DNA of 63,850 nucleotides, the filler included, from Dimargaris cristalligena (Eukaryota), in the NCBI GenBank assembly GCA_003614675.1. It is 23 parts of 23 records of this genome, joined end to end, with 100 filler letters (N's around TTAATTAATTAA, not from the genome) between each part and the next. Parts side by side here need not be neighbours in the genome. Positions count along the whole stretch, not along the records: positions 33,636 to 36,314 come from ML004139.1; positions 36,415 to 39,092 come from ML004140.1; positions 39,193 to 41,868 come from ML004141.1; positions 41,969 to 44,643 come from ML004142.1; 19 more parts are not named here. One strand, written 5' to 3'. The notes beneath the pieces are model-generated. The model saw nothing but the letters and a program-made list of their open reading frames with translations. It made no database searches and was not told the origin of the DNA. The position numbers and the translations under genes are program-made. The first letter of the stretch is position 1; each line of letters starts with the position of its first letter. This document shows, piece by piece, positions 35,573 to 44,743 of the stretch.

Positions 35573-36314
35573 GAGAGTTAGGGTTATTGGGAATAGGCAT
35601 CTATTAATGATAATTTGTTTTTTAAAAACTCATTATGTTAATAAAGGGGAAAGAAAAAATTTTCCGTAAAAATATTACTTTCCCCAAAGTAGAAAGGAAA
35701 AATTTCCATGCAAAAATTTGTTTCTCTATCTTTCTCCTTCTTTTATTCCTTCCTACCAGCCTACCCTATTAGTTTATTCTATTTTTACTATCAAAATTTG
35801 TCTCTGCTGTGTTCTTTACACTTGTATACGATGACTTTTCGGTTATTATAGACCGTGGACTTGTCCATTGAGTGAAATAAGTATCGCCAATAAATAACAA
35901 AACGTCGACAGCATCTATTAATAATAATATCCAATAGGCAAGTGGAGGCCATGCTCACCCACATTTGAATGGGCATGTGCATTCCCTCCAAGTGGGCCAA
36001 TGTTCACCCAAATTTGAATAGGCATGTACATTCCCTCCAAATAGGCTAATGTATACCTAAACTGGAAAAGGAATGTACATTCCTTTAAAATAAGTTATTA
36101 ATAAAATAAACTAAAATAAACTGTAGGTTCCTAAAGGGAGTTTAATTACTCCTACAGTTAAAATTTAAAAGGTTAAAGGATGGATGGATAGTATAAAGGA
36201 ATACTACCTATCCTAATAAACTGGCTGGACTAGCCTAAAGTACTGAATAAAATTACTTAAATATTACTACTTATGGGTAAAATTGGTCACTCACTAGGCT
36301 GGCAAGGAGCTAGT
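35573..36314 (-). repeat. Right arm of the 742-bp inverted repeat
   Basis: The two contig ends are exact reverse complements (ACTAGCTCCTTGCC.../...GGCAAGGAGCTAGT). Confidence 0.97.
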
Positions 36315-36414
36315 NNNNNNNNNNNNNNNNNNNNNNNNNNNNNNNNNNNNNNNNNNNNTTAATTAATTAANNNNNNNNNNNNNNNNNNNNNNNNNNNNNN
36401 NNNNNNNNNNNNNN

Positions 36415-39092
36415 ACTGATGCACGGGTCGCTTCGCTTATCGACTATTATGACAAGGAGCCACCTCGTGGGTGTCTCAGGTAGATCATCTTATTATTAAT
36501 GATCACGGCTGCAGGTTGATGATGGTGATCCTTGATGACGTTGATGTTGGTCATGATGATGTTGAGGGTGGTGACGTTGTTGATGATCCTTTATGAGGTC
36601 GCTTCGCTTACCATCACCGATTGAAGGAGCCACCTCGTGGGTGTCTCAGGTTAATTACCATTCATAACTTTAGACAGCCACAGCTGGCTCCTAGGTGGAG
36701 GACCTATTAATGCTCGTTGGCTTCTTTAGATTGAACCCCTGCTAATCCTGGCGTGATCTCATGTTGAGCCGACTGTGGCCGTCTCAGGTTAACCTTATTA
36801 ATCTTGGCTGCATCGGTGGAGGTGTTGAGACAGCCACAGCTGGCTCCCTTGTTGATCATGAGGTTGACGACGGTTAGGATGATGAGGGTTCTGGTGGTGA
36901 CGTGTCAGATCGAATATGTAAATTATGGCTGCACGGTTCAACATGAACTATGTCGCTCCACTTACCATGAGGATTAGATTGAGCCGCCTATGGCCGTCTC
37001 AGGTCCTTGGCTAATTCATGTTGCACGAGACAGCCACAGCTGGCTCCTTTCATTAATCCTTTACGATCGACGATGCTGATGAGTGACCGATGATGACGGA
37101 TGGAGCCACCTCGTGGGTGTCTCGGGTTGGACCTTATTAATTACCGCCGAATCGTTGAGACAGCCACAGCTGGCTCCTCTTGCTAAGGTTGTTGATGATG
37201 ACGATGATTCACATGTCGCTCCGCTTACCAATTATTGCTGAATGGAGCCACCTCGTGGGTGTCTCACGTTTATGACCTACTAATAACCGTTAATGTTCTT
37301 GAGACAGCCACAGCTGGCTCCTTCGATGGTGATCCCGAGGTTGACTTACCCCGATGTACAAGTCGCTTCGCTTAACAATCGATTCTGTATTGAGCCGCCT
37401 GTGGTCGTCTCAGGTGGATTACGTAGATTAGGGCTGCACGGTTGATGATGCAAGGTCGCTTCGCTTACCAACACCAATAGATTGAGCCGCCTGTTGCCGT
37501 CTCAGGTAGCACTTACAGTCCGTGGCTGTACGGTTAATCTCAACTCTGTTGGTGACGGGGTGATGTCAACCCCGCTGGCTAACCTGTCGAGGTGAATGAT
37601 GATTAGGATAGCTCCTTTAGATCGTGGTTGCAGGGTTGACGATGAACAAGGGGTCGCTTCGCTTAACACTTTTACTGCATTGAGCCACCTCGTGGGTGTC
37701 TCGAGTCACATTTAAACCATGGTTACATGGTTGGGGACTCAGGTGAATCATTGATAGTTAGGGCTGCAGGTAAGTAGCTTAGGTAACACTTAAATCGGCG
37801 CTGCACGGGTTCATGGGCCCTTTGATGGGTCGCTTCGCTAACAGGATTAGTTATATGGAGCCAGCTTGTGGCTGTCTCAAGTTGAATACGATGATGAATC
37901 AGGGTTGCAGATGATGAGCAAGGGGTCGCTTCGCTTATGATGATCGCTGTGTTGAGCCGCCTGTGGCCGTCTCAGGTCGTTTACTAATAATCCTTGCTGC
38001 GGTTGATGATACCCTTACTGGTGTTGAGACAGCCACAGCTGGCTCCTTTCGTTGACCATTTACTACTCCTTGCTGCACCATGATTGAGCCGCCTGTGGCC
38101 GTCTCAGCACTTACTATTAATTCTTGCTGCATGAGACAGCCACAGCTGGCTCGATGGTGACTCGTTGTCTTCGGTGGTAATAGTGATGTAGTCGATCGCG
38201 ATTCCTTCCCGTTAATGATCCAAACGAGGTCGCTTCGCTCACTCATCTTCATCACATGAAACCGACTCGGGTAACTCGTTTAGATCACTGCTGCACTGTT
38301 GGATGAACACAAGGTCGCTTCGCTTATTAAACCGAATGGATGGAGCCGACTCGTGGCCGTCTCAGGTCACTTATAGATCATAGCTGCTCGGGTTCATAGG
38401 TACTGCACAAGGTCGCTTCGTTTACCGATGTTGAGACAGCCACAGCTGGCTCTTATTGCTAAGGTCGATTATCAATTATGGTTGCACCGTTGAACATGAT
38501 CTCGAGGTCGCTTCGCTTACCGGTTATCATTGAAGGAGCCACCTATGGGTGTCTCGGATTACTTACTGAAATTAATGCTGCTTCGTTGATCCTGAACGGT
38601 GTCGCTTCGCTTAATAGCTTAAATAAATGGAGCCACCTCGTGGGTGTCTCATGTTGATTAAAGAGCGTGGTTGCACTGCTGAGACAGCCACAGCTGGCTC
38701 CCTTGAGGACTTTAATAGTCTGATACCCTGAGCCACCTGTAGCCGTTTCATGTAGAATGGTAAATTACTGCTGCAGGTTGAATGAACAAAGGGGCGCTTC
38801 GCTTATCAATGATCACTGAAAGGAGCCGCCTGTGGCCGTCTCAGGTACTAGTCACTTTAACTGGATGAATGGTCTGATGATGAACTTTACCGATTGAAGT
38901 TGAACCTGAGACAGCCGCAGCTGGCTTCCCTTGCTGAATCCTTACTAATCGCTGCTGCACCCTTGATGTCGATTCTGTCGCCCCGCTGGCTAAACTGTCG
39001 AGGGTGATGACGATTCCACGGTGATCTGCACGAGGTCGCTTCGCTCAACATTGCCGTTGAAGGAGCCACCTTGTGGGTGTCTCAGGTAACTT
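36415..39092. repeat. Non-coding modular array of short hairpin motifs with unique fixed-length spacers
   Basis: About 16 copies of motif A (GGTCGCTTCGCT), about 18 of motif B (GAGCC(A/G)CCT(C)GTGG(GT/CC)GTCTC), 10 of inverted B' (GAGACAGCCACAGCTGGCTC) and a recurrent G(C/T)TGCA; no long ORF. Confidence 0.95.
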
Positions 39093-40459
39093 NNNNNNNN
39101 NNNNNNNNNNNNNNNNNNNNNNNNNNNNNNNNNNNNTTAATTAATTAANNNNNNNNNNNNNNNNNNNNNNNNNNNNNNNNNNNNNNNNNNNNACGTTGGG
39201 CTCTGATTTTTAGAAGCCTTGCGACTATCATTCCCGCTACGGCAATGTCCTGACAGCCTGTAGATAATGGTCGTGGGGGCTTCCAATACTTGAAAAATGG
39301 ACCGTCTTCATTCGTAAATGTAAATGCTATTCTGAACCTTAACTAAGGGCGACAACGGTTAGCCTGGATAACACACTCTACGACACTGCCATACAGATAC
39401 TTCCCTTTGCTAGCCATCAGTATCGTCCGGCTTTCTAGGTATAATATAAGGGAGTTGGCCTTGGGTTAGAGCCACGGTGCATTATCTCACAATCAGTAGC
39501 TCTGTCTCTAACCCCAGTTTCGAGGGCATGTATTGAGACTGTCTGAACCCATTGAGCCATGAATAACCTGGAATTAGCGATGCTTGATATCCTAGAATTT
39601 CACTATGCCAGGCTGAAATGTACTTTCGAATATTCCTTCGCATTATTTAGACCAAATGGCGACTAAGCCTTCTAAAACAAGACCACCGCCGCAGGCTTTA
39701 TAAGAACACATTCACTCACTGGCACCACTTTCTACCGCATCAAAAAGAAATATAAGAAGATTGGAAATACGGCGGCAGTCCATCAGTGAAGGTGGCTGGG
39801 GGACACAATATATCTCATTGTATCCAGTTCAACTATTGGCTTCATACGCCAACCATATTTAGGTTTAGAACTACTAAATGTGGTATTCGCCTTGAAGTTA
39901 TTCAATTGGCGCTGCCCTGAAAATACCTAGTTTCTTTACTGTTTCGTCGAGACACTGATAAGTATTAATATTATTATTTAAAAAAGGAGGGTGAATAGCC
40001 CCGCGTGCCATTCCCCGTGAAACATAGTCAATGTATCACCGTCCCTTCATGGATGGAATAGATACCGCATCCCCGTCTATGCTGAACCATGGATAATGCA
40101 CCTAGGCCAAAGATTTGACTCGGAGGTGCCAAGGCGCCTGTTGGGACAGGCATTGTAACCATGTACCAATAAAATAAACGTGGGTCAGCCATGACCAGCC
40201 GTAAGCAGTTCAGCAAGGACTGTCGAAATAAAGTCCCAATAGTTCCTTGTGATGGGCTGTCTTCTGTAGAGAAATGGAAATAGTATGAAGAAACTGTTGG
40301 AAATATAAATTCAATGGTAAATGCAAGTGCCTTCAGATGTAACTAAAATGATTTGAACAAGAGAAAAAGAACCGCAAGGGATAAGGCTAGATGCCTGTAG
40401 TTGGTTTTATTAAGTTGGATAATAGCAGGAATAATGATTAGGACAAAGTCCTGGGTATA

Positions 40460-40606
40460 GAATTCATTTTAAAAAACTTAATATGTTAATAGAGGGGGAA
40501 AAAAATTATGTAAAAAATATTAATTTCCTTGAAGTAGAAAGGAAAAATTTTCTAGCAAAAATTTATTTCTCTATCATTCTCCTTCTTTTATTCCTTCCTA
40601 CCAACC
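40460..40606. repeat. Diverged copy of part of the 742-bp inverted-repeat arm
   Basis: Aligns to 35615-35761 (…AAGTAGAAAGGAAAAATTT…GCAAAAATTT.TTTCTCTATC.TTCTCCTTCTTTTATTCCTTCCTACCA.CC). Confidence 0.85.
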
Positions 40607-41467
40607 TGTTGCCCAAGTTAACCACTCTTAGCCCATCAAGAGTCCCAAGGATAGGCTTCTATCAGTAGGCAGGGCTTAGGCTCAGTTAAGTGGGCTACTA
40701 GCATCAGGTATGGGGCACAGTACTTACCAGTAAAGGCTTAGTGAGATATATATATAAGGGACATACAGTGGATATACTTACTAGTTAGTGTAAGGGGAAG
40801 TGAGTATATATGGAGTTTATTGGGGGTAAACTCAAGGTAAGGATAAGCCAAGGAATTTAACTAGTCCCAATGGGGCCCAGTTATATATCAATGTGGGGAC
40901 AACTCCAGAGGGAGGTCCCAAGGGAAGGATACTACTAAGATTAACATATATGCAAATAAGTTGATTGGTACAAAGAGGTGGAGTCCAGAAGGGGAAGGGT
41001 TATATGATAAGTAATGATCCTATAGTACCAGGGGTGACCATAGGAAAGCTAATATGGTACTATTGCAACTAGGAGAGGCCTCCCCTGCCCATAAAATGGA
41101 GGCCAATCTCCCCCACAGTAACTCCTCCCCAAGTGAGGAAGACCCACAGGACTATAGTAGAGACAGCCTGACCCCCCTAATGGAGGAGGATATCATCCCC
41201 CTAATGGCATAAGAGTAGCACCTCATCCAAGAGGATTAAAACAAAATTCCCTGAGCAGCCAACTATTGTTCTTTATCCTATAAATAAATACTTACTTTAT
41301 ATTCAAACTCATTTAGTCATTTTTTATCTAACTACTCCACTTAGTATCCTAATAGTCAATTTCACTTATAGCTCTCAGCCTTACTTGGCCCACCCAGATA
41401 CACTATATGGCCTAATAGGGTTGGATGTCTAAATTGGCCAGATTAAGGTAGATTAGATGGTCCAATA
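40607..41467. mobile_element. LTR family B copy carrying an insertion of about 340 bp (about 41061-41400)
   Basis: Starts TGTTGCCC; colinear with 23285-23338 and 24095-24590 on both sides of the insertion. Confidence 0.65.
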
Positions 41468-41968
41468 GTCTTATTGACTACCCTCTTATATTTATATCAC
41501 AATAGGCCATCTAAGCCAAAAACTAACAGTCCATAAAGTAGAGGAAATCAATCCACCAGACAGTGAGCATGGCCCAGTAAAGATATAATACTACATGATC
41601 ATCAAGCTATCTGAGAATCATTGGTTATATTGTGTATGTACTTATATTGGGATATCTTCACTATATTAATCCAGGAGAAAGCCATTTTACTTTTTGCATA
41701 CATTAGTGAATAAGTCTAGATTTACCTGTAACCCAGAGGTACTGTACTTTCATGAACAATTACACCCTCTATAATTGTGTTCCACTATCAAACAAAAGAA
41801 ATTATAAGAGAAGTGCCACCATCAGAGGGAATCGGTCCCCCTGAACTAGAGTGGTCACCTGACTCCCTNNNNNNNNNNNNNNNNNNNNNNNNNNNNNNNN
41901 NNNNNNNNNNNNTTAATTAATTAANNNNNNNNNNNNNNNNNNNNNNNNNNNNNNNNNNNNNNNNNNNN

Positions 41969-42701
41969 GGACTAATGTCGGTGGTCGATTAGGATCTTTC
42001 ATGGTCCAGGCCCGAGCTACCGCACTCAGGACCGTGTCAAATTGGTTGGCAAACTCTTCTATAGCAGGGGCCCGGTAGGTATTGCGGGAGTATGTAATAT
42101 TCAGCGTAGCCGAACTGTTTGCTACACTAAATTCAATCAGCAACTTGACTCCCGTCATGGTCAAAAGGGAAGGCAGGAAACTCTCAACATTGGTGTCGGT
42201 AAGATGGATGGAACTGTCAATGGTACTGTCAATGATACTGTTGGTGGACTGATTGGTTGCACTGGATGTATTACAATGCAGGATCACCTCGGGAGGCGGG
42301 GATGAATCTGCAATTGCATTGGACGGGTTTACACTTGTGGTGGTGAAGTTAATTGTTGGCCCGTAGCACTCGTCGCTGAAGTTTATCAACGAAGAAACTT
42401 GGACTTCGGGGACCACGTTAAACAACGCCCAGACCAGTAGGGCACCATCGGGATATCTACCATTAAGGGTTTCGGTAGAGTGTCCAAACGCCACCTCCGA
42501 TTGGCCATAGTACCGACTTAGTAAAATGGCCAATGTAGCCATGGCCACATTTCTGGATCTGGATGCAAGATATGATTGAACAATTTCCGATGAGAGTTGG
42601 TACTGGTAGGTTTCAATACCCTGTTGGACTCGGCTGGGCCTGCCTAGAGGCAACTTAACCTTTGGACGGAATTCGGTGGGTACGGATGCAATCGGGGCCA
42701 T
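41969..42701 (-). CDS. NRPS (or NRPS-like) N-terminus with a truncated condensation domain, 3'-partial
   Basis: KLPLGRP, ATLAILLSRYYGQSEVAFG and LNITYSRNTYRAPAIEEFANQFDTVL match the C-terminal half of a condensation domain (LPxDRP, LLxRYxGQxDxxxG, YxxxLFxxxxI). Confidence 0.65.
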
Positions 42702-44743
42702 ACTACTAGTAGTGATGGTGGAATATTGAGGATTACTTGGTGATTGGAACTGTTGTATATTGGCGGATTAAAAATCCTGGAACTGAGTGAGACGGAGTGT
42801 GTAGGAATACTATTGATAAGAATTTATCACTGTGGATCTAATGAATATGACAAAAAAAAAATGCTATTGTGTACTTATAGATGTCTTTGGCGGTATTTAT
42901 ACCGAAATGGTCGATAAATGTGCCAGACGTGCAGTGGCAATAGCCCCCCCCCCCTTTAGACTCGTTAGCCGATAGAGACCACTACATTATCGGCCAACTA
43001 TACCGTTGGTAGGTGTATTAAACCGGTTTTAAAGACATACGTGGCACGTAAACCTGTTTCCCGACAGGGTTATTTAATCGTTGAGAGACATGTAGGATAT
43101 TTTTTTGACAAGACCTTAAACCTACTCTGCACCATAACGAATAGGATGATGGGTTAAAGCCACGATTACACAATGCATTATAGTATTTGATAATGGGTCT
43201 ACAATTCTAGTTCATACTATCACCTTCACCATGTTAAAGATAGGGAGTTTAGTTTTTTTTAATGAACATCTGAGTGCCACTTATCGACTACCACTACCCT
43301 AAATAGCTGGCCATGTTTCTAGTATCCAAATTACCACCGTATGCAACCTATTTCCGGATCAATACCATTGAATTTAAACACCCAAACGAACCACTATGTC
43401 CATTTCGAGTCGCGGCTAGTCAAAAAACACCCCACTTTTACACTAGATACTAGTATGTTCTTTCACGAAATAGCTGGTATTCAGTGCTGCTGACAGCAAC
43501 AGTAGACCGTGGTGGAGTGATTACATGGATTCCATATATCACGTGCAACTCCACCTCCCTTCCATTACATGGACCACACTTGAGCGCTATTCTTCTGATA
43601 TTAATAGGTCCCGAACTACCTGTATTTATAGTGGGCCCATCAATTTACGACTATCAGTCGATAATGGATATCCTACAACACTTCGAATTAGCCACCAGAC
43701 TTCTCGACCAGAATACTAACACTCGGTTTAGTTGTGCACCGGAGTATCCTAAATAGCTCAAATTTCTTCTGACCTATCCAATCTTACCTATATGTTATGT
43801 ATATGGGCAATATTATCATTCTCCCGATCGAATATACAGCTCTGCTTGTCCAATACTAGGCTAGGTCCGAATTTGTATTTTCCGTTGCCGGACATAACAA
43901 TATATGTGCGTGTAGTGTAAGTAATATTCAGAAATCTTCTGCAGCGGTGTATCTGACTGGTCAGGTTAATAGCCGACAAACGGCGAACACTAAGCCGCCC
44001 TCTACCACGATGTAATAAAATGCAAGTCCGCCAGCGTCGGCGACATAATATCCGACGCAATATATCATCCCTGCGTTGGCGGAATAGTCATAGGGTAGAC
44101 AATGCTTACGCTGGCATCAAAGTTTATCCGACCCCTGCTGCCGCGGATTAGTAGTGGTGCCTTGCCGTAACTATAGAAAGACGAATTGTTCAACACTCTA
44201 CCACTTCTACCAAATCCCCCGATGCACTTTAGATGGAGGACCCTTCTATCGAACCAGGCCTGCAGCTATCAGCCGCCCCCTTTATATATAGTGAATGCCC
44301 AACGTTTGTTTGATCTTACTCATTCCCAGCCGCCTAGTATTAAGTGCCTCCACGCTGCTCAGCAACAGTATCCACGGATTGCCTCCTATAGTTACGTTTG
44401 GGTCGAAGGGGACCAGTATGTTTGGGTGTACCGAGTAGGGTGTGGTGATTTTTAAGATAAATAAGTGTATTTTATTAGAACAAAAAGATCCCGCGATAAC
44501 GTGGGCTATTCCTTATTTTATACTCCGGGTATGTTGGTATTGAAAATAAGTCTTGTAACTATTCGCTCTCCGCTTGGCAATGTACTCTCACTGGGGGGGT
44601 GGGGAGGGCAGAGGAAAGGCCATGCCGGTTTAGAGTTTTAGCGNNNNNNNNNNNNNNNNNNNNNNNNNNNNNNNNNNNNNNNNNNNNTTAATTAATTAAN
44701 NNNNNNNNNNNNNNNNNNNNNNNNNNNNNNNNNNNNNNNNNNN

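Noticed and set aside
33950-36000. Identical 69-aa ORFs at 33950 (+) and 35791 (-)
   Set aside because: By-product of the inverted repeat; non-ATG start and no protein-like features.
30850-36314. pilV next to a tyrosine recombinase with inverted repeats, suggesting a shufflon (PilV + Rci)
   Set aside because: They lie on different contigs placed together only by length sorting. The YR is an AT-rich, decayed eukaryotic DIRS/Ngaro type, and no sfx-flanked cassettes follow pilV.
37935-39069. ORFs 37935-38255 and 38887-39069 in the array
   Set aside because: Chance frames through the motifs; spacer lengths of 17-19 nt do not preserve a frame.
33636-39092. Recombinase plus hairpin array as an integron-like or guide-directed system
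   Set aside because: Separated by an artificial linker, with different composition and no shared motifs; there is no evidence of physical linkage.
36415-39092. Canonical CRISPR array
   Set aside because: Several different motifs, both orientations of B, irregular overall period, spacers of only 17-22 nt and no cas genes. Kept as an unexplained array instead.
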